Shown in pieces: positions 27,034 through 40,266 of a stretch of DNA of 64,000 nucleotides. The position numbers were made by a program, and so were the translations under genes. Under the pieces are notes generated by a model, which made no database searches, was not told the origin of the DNA, and saw nothing but the letters and a program-made list of their open reading frames with translations. Source of the stretch: Haliotis rubra (Eukaryota); contig NW_025766969.1 in NCBI RefSeq assembly GCF_003918875.1, positions 2,542,001 through 2,606,000 on the forward strand. The letters run 5' to 3'. How positions within the stretch are numbered: the first letter of the stretch is position 1; every line of letters begins with the position of its first letter.

Positions 27034-27759
27034 GGGTGCTAAAGGCAAAAGAGCGTTAACCATTGCATTAATGGATCACTGAAAATCAACCATAACACCG
27101 GGTGTTCGCGAAAATACAGTTATTTTCCCTATCTTAGCCAATTATCAGCTCCATTAACTGATGCCTTATATTGGTTCCGTATCCATAAATAATAACATCT
27201 TAAACTCTTTGAATATGGACAGCAAATGTGAGTTTGTCTATGTGAAATATAGACTCGGTATTTGAATTTTCGAAATAGTTAATAAATCATAACTGTGATC
27301 TGCTTTAAATGGGTGCTACAACTTGACAGCAGACAACTGACGGTGGACAATTAACAACCATCACATATTGGTGGTTTCTTCTATTTTATATTCTGTCATA
27401 TGATTCTAATTATAGGTTTAAATTCCATTGTGATAATTGAAAACGTGAAATTTGTGCATGTTGTTTTGTTTTATTGTTGTTTGCTCAAACACTGTGGTGA
27501 ACTGCAGTACATGGGTATGCTTTATGCCTTATAATGTACTGTAGCAGACAAATGTCAAAACTGAGGTCCACGGATTAAATGCCATTTTCCTGGCATAAAA
27601 GAATTTTTTTATTCCACCGGACTGAGGTTTGTGACATTTGTCTATACATGTCAGTATTGGCTAGTGCTTGCTACGTTTTGATGTTTTATATTTGGTTGTT
27701 TGACACCCGCAAAGTTGCAAGACATAACTAACGTTAATGTTATTTTTTTTTACTTTCAG

Positions 27760-28684
27760 ATAATTGCGGTTATATCTGTGTTCTTCATAGTAATCTCTAT
27801 ATTGTCCTTCTGCCTCAAAACGCATCCCGAGATGAGAGTTCCGGTCTTGCGCAATACCACTTCCAAAACGGCTGACGGGAATACAACATGGCGACTAGAG
27901 AAAACAGAGACCGAACCTCACGACGCTTTTTTCTACATTGAATGTGCGAGCAATGCTTGGTTCACCTTCGAAATCATTATTCGCTTCATCGTAGCACCTA
28001 ATAAATTTGATTTTTTGAAAGCACCCGTGAATATAATTGACATTGTAGCCACGTTATCTTTCTATTTAGATTTCTTGCTCACAAAACTACAACAGGAAAG
28101 CGACATGCTGGAGTTTTTTAGCATTATCCGTATCATGAGACTTTGTAAGCTAACGCGGCATTCCGCGGGACTGAAGATTCTCATTCATACCTTCAAAGCC
28201 AGTGCAAAGGAGTTAATCCTCCTCATATTCTTCCTCGTGCTCGGTATCGTCATCTTTGCAGCGCTCATCTACTATGCTGAGCGTATTCAGTATAACCCGG
28301 AAAATGACTTCCAGAGCATCCCTGTGGGCTTGTGGTGGGCCATAGTCACCATGACAACAGTGGGATACGGGGACATGGTCCCTAAAACCTATGTCGGGAT
28401 GTTTGTTGGAGCCTTATGCGCATTGGCTGGTGTGCTTACGATAGCCCTTCCCGTACCTGTTATCGTCAGTAACTTCGCTCTGTTTTACTCGCATACTCAA
28501 GCAAGATCTAAACTACCCAAGAAGAGGAGACGGGTTCTACCAGTGGAGGCACCCCGCCCGAAGGGACCAAAAGCCCCAGGGGCGCCCGGGGGTGCTGGAG
28601 GCCCCGGACCAGGGGGCACACGCAGGATGAACGCCATCAAACATAACCATCCTGGGGCGTTAGAGGCGAAGATGGGCAGAATAG
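27760..28684 (+). CDS. Shaw: Shaw/Kv3 second coding exon: S1-S6, pore and proximal C-terminus
   Basis: Acceptor tttttactttcag|ATA (phase 0). Encodes [23 protein letters not shown] (S1), NIID (S3), [13 protein letters not shown] (S4), TMTTVGYGD filter, [10 protein letters not shown] (S6) and [11 protein letters not shown]. Donor G|GTAAAT at 28684/28685 (phase 1). Confidence 0.97.
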
Positions 28685-30970
28685 GTAAATGTCATTATTT
28701 GATAGTTGGTGTCGTTTAATCATTATTGTGATTTTAAAGTTCCCCTGTGGTATATTTCGTGTTGATGTAAAGGTGGTCCAGTGGTGATTCAAGTCCAATC
28801 ATGTCCTTCCAATAGTTTCCCGGAATAGTCGCTCGCACTACCCCATCACGTATTCAGACAGCCCATCACACTTCAGCTCATTAGTACCAGTCGTAGATCA
28901 AGTTCCTCACACTGCGTCGATGTTAGAAGTACCCAACCATCAGTATTTTGCATGGTCTCTCTTCCAATACGCTGCTCATGAACTGTTGTTTATATAACTT
29001 CTGTCATATACGTCACACTGCACGTGTAACATATGCCTCACGTGCATAAACTTGACTTGCACATGTTTTCCATCTTCTACACTTACAGTCGCAGCGAAAC
29101 CTACGCTCCCCGCCGTAGACTAGCGTACACGGTGATACTCAACTCGTACAGCCGAAATGCTGTTCAGTTTTGACAGGAACACATGTTATATATTTATATC
29201 CTGTAAACTAGTTAAGGACTGATGCATATATGGTTCTGTCGTCACCTTGACAACAGCAACTTCCTCCAGAGTGTGCTCTGAAAGAGCTACAAAACCGTAT
29301 TTCACTTTAAGAGTATAAGGTTTATGAAAATATGAAATATATATTGCTGTATAAATCATTATAAATTATTATAATATAGGTATTGTTCATCATTGGGACT
29401 CATGGGGATGTTTCACACTTGTAATGGTAACGCAAGCAGCATTGTTGACGTAATACAAGAATATTTGTTGACGTCATGTGTAATGACTTCACATTAGATG
29501 ATGGCGTCATAACATACCTCATATAGGCCACTTTATTCTTACCTATATTTCTTATGTGTCAATTTAAAAGGTGTCGCAGAACGCGTGTTTGAAATGTTAC
29601 TGATATTCTTGGTCTGAGTAAATCTGTGTTTATCGTCATTACCCGTTATGTTAGAATCATCAATGTATGGTTAAAGTGTCTAAACTGGCCGGAAGAGCCA
29701 TATTCAGTTGCTGCGGAGCTGGTTTTGCTTTAAACTTCCGTCCGACTAGAAAATAGACAGCTCTCCAGTATTGATGTCAGATATGTACGTTTTGTTACAA
29801 ATTTTATTAGAGGAAATATCAATATTCGCCGAAGAGAATATTTAATAGACGTGAAATCTGGCGATTTGTTGGTAATGTGGTTCGGTAGACATCAGTCGAT
29901 ATGGGCACTTGAATTAGGGGCATCTGTTCGTTCGTTTACTCAGCAATTGAAGCATCAGAAGCTACGGTAACGTACATTTTCTCATTTCGTTCCCTTAAAT
30001 CACGGTTGATTACTCTTCTTGATGCTTGTGAGCGAACAATATCTAACCGTACACGTGGCTAAATGTTCAGTATAATACACTTTGATGTGAAATATATTTC
30101 GTCGTAATATATCAGTTTCATAAATCACAAACAAATAATGTTTTTTTTGACAAGTTAAATGAAGTGTATTAGTGTAGTCATTTCAATCAAAAGGACCATA
30201 TCGTTGCACATTCAAGTGTTGTGCTTAGGATATCCGTTTCTGATGTACGGTGTAAGGGAGATAACTCTTGTTTGTGCGCAATTTGAGCGGCGTGATATTG
30301 CTTTCAAGGAAGGATGCCTCATCGATAGGGGCAACAATGAAAGTGTTAAATCTGAAATTATATCTCATGTAGATAGGCATCTTAACCCAACTGTGATATG
30401 TTGCTAGTAAATTCATTATGCTAAAGCAAGAGTTAAATAAGTAATAAATGGACAATTTCACATTTTACACGAAACCTCAAGAATTGTAGCAATTAGATAG
30501 AACTGGAAATAATATTTTAAGAAATTTGAAACATCCACTGAAGGATGCCGGTGTGTTCAGATAAAGCGGTTTCTTTCTTAAGTGTCGTTCCGGGTTTATT
30601 TCTAATATCTAAATTGTGTAAACGAACTTTGAATATGGAGAGAATGTATCCCCTCTAATTTGAATTTGGGTAAGGGTATCATGACCCTGTATTAAATAAT
30701 CGTTCTGCCCGTGCAGGTACAAAGTTATTGCCTCAACGTAAACCCTGGAAATAGAACAATCTCACACAAGGAAGTAACAGCGACTGACTGCTCCACGTGG
30801 CACAACATGTGTTGTTGAGCTCGAGCTATTTGTCAGCATCTCCGATGTTATAGCGGATAAAAACCTAATGTAGACATAGAACGACGTGATGAGTGCAGTG
30901 AGTTCAAACAGAGTATGACAGTGTAGACTTCTCGCTGTGTAATATATACTGAATTAACAATACTGATAGG

Positions 30971-31039
30971 TTTGGTTGCTTGGTTGGTTGTTTAACCCCG
31001 CACTCATCAATATTGTTTGGACCAGACGATCCAGTGATC
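30971..31039 (-). mobile_element. Short truncated/deleted family B SINE
   Basis: Tail and ggaccagac..ccagtgatc motif; 9-bp TSD actgatagg at 30962-30970 and 31040-31048. Confidence 0.75.
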
Positions 31040-32639
31040 ACTGATAGGCGAATACGTAAACATGGCGCTTGTTTTTATGAACAACATTAGCACTTATCTT
31101 CAATGTATTAAGCATTAGAGTCACGCTTTCTGTAGCTCTATATTTTAACACAACATTGTATTCGAGAAACAAACCCAGGACTTAAAGTGCCTAAAGATGT
31201 GTCTTGGGTACTTAAGCTGGCTTGTGTTATGTGAAGCAAAGATATACATGTTTCACATGTCTCTCCCTTGAAGGGACCCTTATATTTAATTAGGACACAG
31301 TTTACATTTGTTCAGATTTATGAACATATTTTTACTGTTACTTTTCTCGACGTTTCTATTGGGAGACGTCCACGTACACTTATAACCCTGCTTCTCAATT
31401 TGTTACCCACATTTTGTGACACAATTCGTATGTTCACACAACTTAAAATTGTACTTAGAAATTGCATTTGCTTCAAAGCGATTTAGTGCTTGTAGGTAGA
31501 GCTTGCCTTTACTGTCGCCAGAGCAGTGGATATGTCCATGTATTGAATATATGTCTAGCTTTCTAGATCAACCTGGGATGTACATACACCTTGAGTGGGG
31601 TTCCGAGCCGGGTCCCACTCATTAGTTTGGACTGGAATTACCACAAGTCTACCGGTGTCCACTGCGTGAACCTGAGTGTTTATTGTACTTAATATTTCAT
31701 TTTCAGGTGTGTGGCGTGCTATTGTCTTTATGCTACTGTTTATGAGTAATTAGGTAGAACAGTTTAACAATGGCCATCCAATAAGTCTTCTTCTTTATCA
31801 GCTGCCGTTAATGAATTTACATTTTTCATTCACCGTTTGAATGTCACTGTAATCCCTTTTTGTAACTTTTATTCGAACTTTGTATTTCAATTCCCCACTA
31901 GCTTTTCAGATACAACTTTCCACATGAATGTTTATGTGTCTTATTCCCTATCTAGACATTGCAGGTGGTATTTATTGTGTGATCTGATTATTTTTTTTCA
32001 TTGAATTGTCACGTGATCAGCAGCTTCTGTCGTGAACCTGGTGCGCATGGTGTTGGGTTAAGTAGCAGAGGGTCAAAGGTCAGATTGGATGTGGATGTGT
32101 AGGTTATCCGTGATCTAAATTCCTTCAAATAAAAACATTCCATACTATCATGTGATCATACAGACATGTAAGGTTCTTTTGAGCTTACAGTGCAGCGATA
32201 TTTAAAGGATTTCATGAAATTCACCTGAATTCTTTTGAAATACAAATGGTAAATTATATGCAATTGTATTTTTAATTATTATAGTCTGTATTGGACTTGT
32301 AATTGTGAAACATTTAGAGATGTAAAGTCCCTCAGTAGTTGTAATACAATGTTTTTTAGTTTTTAAAGATTAAATTCGAAATTAGCTGTACTGCAATATG
32401 AATCCTTACACACTTGACGATTAATTCTATCACGAATGTTATTTTCACTGTCAACAAAGAACACCAAATATCGGTACATGCTCTCAGAAAACGTTTCATA
32501 CCTAAAATGTGTTTTGATTTAATTGACTTGCATGGAAGTGCCCTACCTGCCCAGACCTGATATTGAGAGCTACTTTGCCCAATACCGTGTATTATTGTCC
32601 ACCCGCATAGACATTTAGATTACTCCTTCTCTTCTCTAG

Positions 32640-32678
32640 CCCACGGGGGCGCTTTACAGGAGCTGATGCCCTTCCGTA
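32640..32678 (+). CDS. Predicted 39-nt Shaw C-terminal microexon ((A)HGGALQELMPFR)
   Basis: Strong pyrimidine tract tactccttctcttctctag|, perfect GTAAGT donor, phase 1-1, length a multiple of 3, open frame, GC-richer than its flanks. Confidence 0.7.
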
Positions 32679-34254
32679 GTAAGTCATAACGTCTTCCGGT
32701 TTGTATGCACGCTTCCGGTTTCAGGGTTCATTTTGTTTCATGTGGCTCCCTGTCGAACACATGGGATGGACGACACTGAAGTATCATTTTGAAACATTCA
32801 TTCAGACGAATTGAACTTCACATGATTATGCTATGTGTTAGTGCGTCGACCGGGAGTCATTGTATGAAACTCAGAATTGCGACTTGCGTTTTTTCACTTA
32901 GTTTTGTTATAGTCAGTGGCATATCTCCTGTAGTCGGTTAAGACAAGCATTTTTGAGTTCGAAGTGCTTTCTTCGTAACAAAATCTAGGTAGAAAGTGCA
33001 TATGCGCATGTGGAAATATTCCTCTTGCTATAAGCGACTGATGTGGGCATGTCTTGCTGCGCATGTCTTTGCGCATGCCGGAACTATGGGTGCATGCTGG
33101 TGTGGCTCCTCTGTGTGCATGTCAGGCCGTCCGCGCGCTTCTGTCACCGTGCTGACAACAGACGTCCTAGCTAGGTGTCCACGAGATGCGTGGCTCTCAG
33201 GTTACCAAGATCCAATGAGATTAGTTTTGTTATTATATTCATGATCTAGTATGTCATCAATGGATCCTCCCAAACACGATGCAAGAGTTATTCGTGTTTG
33301 ATCAAACATAATCTGTGGCCATCTTGAAAAAACTAATTCTCCAGGTGAGGAAAGGAATCTGAAAATCCAGCAGATTTACTCGACCATTAAAACAGATTTG
33401 GTTCTACACATTAAACACGAGTATTTGAATGACGATTGTGTAGCCATAAACATAATAAGATTGACAATAGACAGGGTTATGTTTCCATGGAGATGTGTGT
33501 GTGCATATAGATGTAGACCTATGACACTATATAGGCACTGTAGTTTTATGCATACAGAATAATGTCAGCTGTGCACAGAATACATACACATTAGAAAAGT
33601 TGTAACCAATCAACAAAAATTCAGCGTGAGGTTTAACCAACTGAATCGTGTGTTTTAGTTGATTGGTTACCCTCCCCTTCCCCGCGAAATAGAAGTTGAT
33701 GTAGACGTGTTCACAAATGGTACCTGCTGTACCCTGTTCATACCACATATCCCATGAATGTGTTACAGCAACTAGTCATACCCGTCTGTTGATGCAGATA
33801 GACATTAGGCTCCAAGTAGCTTTACATCTACATATGCCAAACAAAATTTAAAAAAAATAAAGCTAAAAAATAGTTTACAGTAGATTTGAGTTAATAAAAA
33901 TATATAAAAATGGCGCACCTCTTGCCGTGTTTTGAAAACGGACTTCGATCTCGGAGCAAATAGTTCTTACAACAGAATTGCCATACGTGACACAAGTGTC
34001 CACATATACACCACGTGACTGCGTGGTTCCGAACTGTTTGCACTCGAAATGAGCATGCCAAAAAGTTAATCATTTCATATATGTTTCATGAACGTTTATA
34101 GAAACCTTTACCTATTATGACCTTGTCCGTTTCATTTTAGGAATAGCCGTGGTGTATGCTAACTACCGAAAGACTGCAGAAGAGAAAAATACGCATTTGA
34201 ATAAATATTATATGAATTCCCCTAATATATTTACAACCTTATATTTCCTACCAG

Positions 34255-34284
34255 GTGCCTACAATGTGGGCCTTCTTATGGGTG
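34255..34284 (+). CDS. Predicted 30-nt Shaw microexon (AYNVGLLMG)
   Basis: ccttatatttcctaccag| acceptor with an upstream ctaat branch-like site. Donor G|GTAGAG is only moderate. Phase 1-1, open frame. Confidence 0.45.
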
Positions 34285-35761
34285 GTAGAGTATCAATTTA
34301 GTTTTGGCTAATTTCTTTCTTTGCTGGATTCCCGATCGTTTATACGACCATTGCAGATGTTTCATTAAATGTAAAATCCTTATTTTCGATAACTTCAATT
34401 AATCCCGTTATAGAGTTCTAACAACTCTATTTTGTCGTCAAAATATTACGTTTCTTAAACAAAGTATTTAAATCTTAAACATCTGCAATCGTTTGGGGGC
34501 ACATCACAACATTGCATGTCTTGAACAGCAGTGCACAGTTAACATTCATTCTCAGAGGTTTGTGAACAATAACACTTATTTCGGGGGACATTCAACAGTT
34601 AGATACAATAAATAACTCCAACGCCAGTGAATAACACGTCTCAACGATGCAGATTCCATTCAGGTTTCACTGAAACAAACAGCAATGTTTGGGAGGACGT
34701 GTTAAAGTCGTTTCTTTGTTATATGTGGAATGGGAAACATAACCTCTGAAAATGAATCGACTGTGTGAAATACAACTCACACATTTTGACGGTTACAGTC
34801 TGCATCCATATATACCATATGTAGGTAAACTAAGGAAACGTGGAAATAGATTTCATTTGTTAACGCTGATACTTTTAATAAATGAGTTTCCTTTTGGTAA
34901 TGGAGCTTTGATGAGTTAAGACGCATGATGTGATTCTCATCATCGGTATTATCACAAATAGTTTCCAGAATTTCAGCAACCAGCTAAGATTTGATATTTA
35001 ATTACACTGAACGCACTGTTGATGCACAGGTCAAAATTCATTCATATTGCTAATAAGTAATACTCATAGTTCTACAACGGATTTCATTTTCCAAATTATG
35101 TTAAAACATAAATGTTGTGTATAGTTTTCATTTTACAACTGCACGTGTGGTTAAACACAGTTTTACTGAAATGTTCTTGTTTTAATTACATGTTTCTGAT
35201 GCGTGTGGAACCTATTTAAAAGGTTAAAACATTTGCTGCACTAATGCGCGACCGACGCCAGCATACATTGCAACAGATAAGCGTATCGATATAAATGTAC
35301 ACATATCTTCACGTATGGGTTCATCAACTAATTTCAATGCTACCAACCATTTAGTGAACACAATGCATTTTGTTCACATTTCATTAAAATGTTCATGACT
35401 AGATGATCTCCCAAACTGCACTGAATACCATTAATAGTTAAATCTGGATTAAACCCGATATAAGGCTGTTTGACTAATTCATTGAGTGAAGTACTGTAAG
35501 CAATGCACGTCATAAACAGCTTAAGCGTGTCTATCTGTTAAACCATGGTGTGTCTATGAAAAGTGTGTTGTTTATGCATATTATTCTTGTCTTGTTGATG
35601 TCAACACTTCCCTTGAAGTCACAAACATATCAGGGCAACGTATCAGTCCTAGTATCCATACGTATCCATGACATTATGAATGCTTGACCATTGCTTGGAA
35701 CAATATCAATGTTGTAAGCTTTGCATACGAAATCCCACGGTAATCTGCAACAAGTGGTCGA

Positions 35762-35863
35762 GTTGGTTGGTTTGTTGTTTAACGCCGCACTCAGCAATAT
35801 TCCACTATATGGCGGCGGTCTATAAAAAATCGAGTCTGGACCAGACAATCCAGTGATCAGCAT
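35762..35863 (-). mobile_element. 5'-truncated family B SINE
   Basis: Reverse complement of the B 3' half with a (GGTT)n tail. Confidence 0.85.
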
Positions 35864-36023
35864 AATGACAGTTGTAGAGAAGGACTGATATGTGTCAAGT
35901 ATATATTTGGTTTGAAATGTATTTGTTTCACTGATCCTTTCAAGGGAAGTGTTGTAATGAATGTATGTATAACCTGATTATTGTGTTTGTGTAAACAGGT
36001 GCTAATTCCACCTTATATTTCAG

Positions 36024-36065
36024 CTGTCGGAATGGGTGCCAATCGTCCGTTCTATAATAATATTG
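36024..36065 (+). CDS. Predicted 42-nt Shaw microexon (AVGMGANRPFYNNI)
   Basis: gctaat branch point, then tccaccttatatttcag| acceptor and G|GTAATA donor. Phase 1-1, open frame. Confidence 0.55.
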
Positions 36066-38155
36066 GTAATAAACAAGACACATCCCAATTCGCTATCATT
36101 CCCATCACGTGTGACTTATCACTTATGCCGAAACATCATATATTTTATCCTCACACATTCTGACTGCAAGAATCCATTTGAATTCAGTTTCAGTTTCATT
36201 TCCTAATATGTCGATCTTTAACAGAGTTCCTTCTTATTTCATTGAAGCACCCTGAATTATTTTCAATTTTCACAGAATGGTATTTTTATGATAGCAAACC
36301 CAGGCTTGAATTATTCAACTGTTTTAACAACTATTTCGTTTTTGCTAGTGCCAACAAAGCACTTGATCTTATGTTCAGATGGCATCATCTTTGCTCATAC
36401 CATGTAACATATTCATCATATCGGGCGCGTTTCACATGTACCCCTTGCATTGTTTCACGATAAGAAAAAGTGATATTTTATGTACTTGTCAAACGGAAAC
36501 TATACACACGGTAGAAGAGAAGACGAATAAACAAATCCTTATTAGACCACCATCTACTCTATCATTGTAACCGTCATCAGTCGTCATCACCATTCACATC
36601 ACCAGTTTATTAAACACCTGTCCATATCTGCAACCATATGAGAAGGGAAACTTGAAATGTTCTAACTGCATAATGCATTTTGACAGTAATACACCGTATG
36701 TCAATTATGTTGTTGAGTTACCTAGCGTGTGAAGGAGTAGAACGTCACGTGATCAGTCAGCCTCCCATTTCAGGAATGTTGAAATATATCGGAAATATCA
36801 CAGCTAATTTAATTTATAACCACTTTACTTCTAATCCCAATGATGAAATATCCAGACTTATGAATTCCCTGTAGTGTCTTTCCTTAAAGGTTTGGATGCT
36901 TTTGGAGATATTTCTTTAAAGACAGCCGAGGCGGAGTAAATTGAAACTCGCCCACTCACTCTCTACTTAAGGTTTCCACATTGAAGGACCGTCGTCTCTT
37001 GTGATCCATATTTCCTTGAATGCCACGTTGACTGCATCATAAGCGTATATTCCTATTATGTATATGATATACTGCATGTGACTGCATGAGACCATCAATC
37101 CTGCATGATTTAAGTGTGGTAATATCACACTCGTCATTCCTTTCGTTTCATTAGTATAATGCTCATCTGATGTTCAGTTTTAGACTAAAACTCTTTCATT
37201 TCAGCGCACAAGTATACTTATTTTCTTTCCTTATCATATGCTATATCGACTTACAAGTGTGTTGCCTAAGATATATGAAATTTATCTATGTTTTTTCCAT
37301 TGTTCATGAACCTATGAAAGGATGTTACCATGGCGTTTTAATTTCTTTATGGTTTTTTTTTCGCATATATCCACATATTGTATTGGTTGTAAAATATACC
37401 AGGAATTATTTGAGCCAATGTCGTTCATTTCTGTTGTTAAGTAACACGTGTTAAAGCAGCATTTTCAAATAAACTATTTCCGTTTTTTTACAAGAATGAA
37501 AAAATGTCTGTGTCCTGTGTGGGACTTGCTGTTACTACAATCATATGAGTTTTTCTATGTAAGAATAACGATACCATTATTCCGTTTTGCTCTGTTTTGT
37601 TTACTAACAACAGCATGTAAGTTTTGTTAATCTTTGTCCAACTGCACAGTTCGTTACTTCTATTTCAAATAAAGACGATGATTCGAGAAGTGTGTGACAC
37701 AGACATTGATAGGATGCAACAACATTCACTACCTATAAATGCAGGTCGAGCCGGGACTGTTTTGAAAAGAATATGTAGTTGTACAGAAGATAGTACATGG
37801 AAAATATCTAGCAAGTCGACGATGCCTTGAATTCACATGACACGATTATCAACATACATGTAGATGCAGGAAGATTCTGTTGAATTTTATATAACAGTCA
37901 CAGTGAGGATTGACTGCATACTGAAAACACGTATTAACAGATCCCCAGCTCTCGAACCTCACCAAAGCTGCCCCTTACGAATACAAACCAAAATAGGCTT
38001 TAGTGTCGCTTCTTATGCCTAACAACTTCACTACTAGATTCTAGCTTTTGATATGCGTAAATCAGTCTGTGATTTGATTGGAGCTTCCTTATTTGTGACG
38101 TCATCTAGTGGTAGCTGGCAATAGCTAATCTTACTTGTTTTGTACTATCTACAAG

Positions 38156-38335
38156 GCCGAAATGGGGAGGAGGCAATCCCAATGCTGATGCTAAACCATA
38201 CTGAAAGTAGTGGAGGGCAGGACACGAGCGCCCGTTCACGATCGCAAAGTACCGTTGAAAGGTCACCTCCACGGATGGTAGAAATAAGCTCCAATCCCGG
38301 TTCACCCCTCAAAGTAACTGAAATCAAAACTTCTG
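38156..38335 (+). CDS. Predicted Shaw C-terminal exon (GRNGEEAIPMLMLNHTESSGG...SPLKVTEIKTS)
   Basis: gctaat branch, cttacttgttttgtactatctacaag| acceptor, 180 nt open and Ser/Thr/Pro-rich, G|GTAACT donor, phase 1-1. Overlaps ORF 38140..38544. Confidence 0.7.
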
Positions 38336-40113
38336 GTAACTATATACAACTGTCTTTACTCTCAACTTTAGCCATTCTTTTTCAATGTATTCAGTTGCAA
38401 ATTACCTCCCTTGTTCTAGACCTTGTCACGTGGTCAGTCAGGATGATAGTGATTGGTTATTGTCAGTGGAAAACCTTCGATGGTGTCTGTTTACGACTTG
38501 TTTTTAGCAGAGCTTGCACGATGCCTAACCCCTACCGGTGGTAGTTCCTTCTATCCTCGCATGGTTGTTTATTTTCTCCCTTGTTTTTCTTGCTGATTTG
38601 CCGTGGTTTTGCAGTTGCTTTGTGTTCTTTTGTTTTTCGTTTGAAGATTTCTACAGATTTCACATGATAAGTTGCTCAACAAATAAAGACTATGGTGCAG
38701 ATGGGATGTTTATGAGCATGTATCATCAAATAGAATTTGAAGTTGGGTACAGGATGATAAAATCTATTTGAAGAACATTTTGCGACCGGGCTTATCTCAA
38801 TTACTTATACAATACACAAATGTTAAATATCCAATACGGAAACCTAACAAGCTGATGATAAATTAAGCTCCCGGATAACTGCTACATTATGTATGTCGTT
38901 TATTTGTACATTCAAAACATTCGTGTTTTCAAACTGAACACCTGTTTACTTGTTAAGTAAACTTTCATTCATTTCCTCGCATGTAAAACCATCATTTTCA
39001 TAACCATTAAAATTTTCCGCATCTTAAAACAATAGGAAATGTTGGAGTTTTTGTATGATTCATTTTCACTATTCCATCTCGAGTTATCTGTCTCGGTTGA
39101 ACGTGATCTTCGTATTTTACAGCTTAGTGTCATGAAATATGACTATCCTTCACCAACCAAGATTTCATCCAAACACATACTGTATGATTGGATTATACCT
39201 AAACTTCAAGTTTTTCGACACGTTAGATTTTGACATCACTGTCAACATTACAGCTTATGACACCAACCAAATCAGTATGTTAACACAAGCTATTTATCAA
39301 CGTTTATATGAAGATGAAAACGCTTCTAAAGAATCTATTCACAAGTAGCACCTTTTGAATAAATTATATCACCCTTGATGATTCATTTTGTAATTAATCA
39401 TGAACACCATATGAATTCTGCCCTTTAAGTTTATAGATATACTCTCGATCTCGGGGTTCGCCAATAAAGAATACTAATTTTGCTAACTTGTCTTGCAAAA
39501 GAAAGAATGCACCTTTGTTTGTTTGCTGAAATAAAACAAACAAGAAATGTTTCTTCGATGGGGATATATACGGATATTATGTTATATTCATGATATCAAT
39601 GAATATCTCACCGTGTTGTTTTCATACTAGTAGCATTATAATGTTTTGATCCAGTTTTCAGGCGCATAGTTCCTTTAGCCTGAATGTTCATACTTGATCT
39701 GAAGTGCGAATAGCATTTTGTGTAAAAAGGTGAACCCCTACGTCCAGAGATTGTTTGAATATTCCCACGTGTAGATTTTTATTATCTTAGTATATTTTCA
39801 CAATCACAGAATACATGTATTATTATAAACGTGTTTGTTTTGACACAGTAGCAGAGTCAATACAACTAAACTTGATTACCACAGACCTACTGTCAGCGAT
39901 TGTGACTATGTAATTGTACTCATACCAGTGTACTCCGAGACATTGTGCGCTTGCATAAAGAATTGTTTCACTGAGCACATTTACATACATATAATGTACT
40001 GTAGGAAGCCCTGTAGATATACATGCATGATATACACGACGGTGGCACATTAACCGTCATTATTTGTCATATTCTTTGAAACGTTGTAACCTTCTCCAAC
40101 TAACTGTTTTCAG

Positions 40114-40266
40114 ACGCGCAAGGGGGACCAACTGCTCTCTCCAGTCTCCTTGTCACACCCAATGCTCAGCTAGCCATGAACTCCACAGCAGGGCCAGCAC
40201 CACCTTCAGCACCTGCACCAGCAGCGCAACTGCAGTGTGGGGAGCAAGACAAAATTTTAGAAAAAG
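40114..40266 (+). CDS. Predicted Shaw C-terminal exon (DAQGGPTALSSLLVTPNAQLAMNSTAGPAPPSAPAPAAQLQCGEQDKILEK)
   Basis: ctaac branch plus tgttttcag| acceptor, 153 nt open, Pro/Ala-rich and GC-rich, AAG|GTACCT donor, phase 1-1. Confidence 0.72.

Noticed and set aside
27700-27759. N-terminal part of ORF 27700..28719 (and its last residues after 28684)
   Set aside because: Intronic read-through: polypyrimidine tract and acceptor on the left, donor on the right.
32690-33085. cttccggt / ccggaa complementarity as a Dscam-like docking/selector system
   Set aside because: Matches are only 6-8 nt, within chance, and the exons are not paralogous duplicates.
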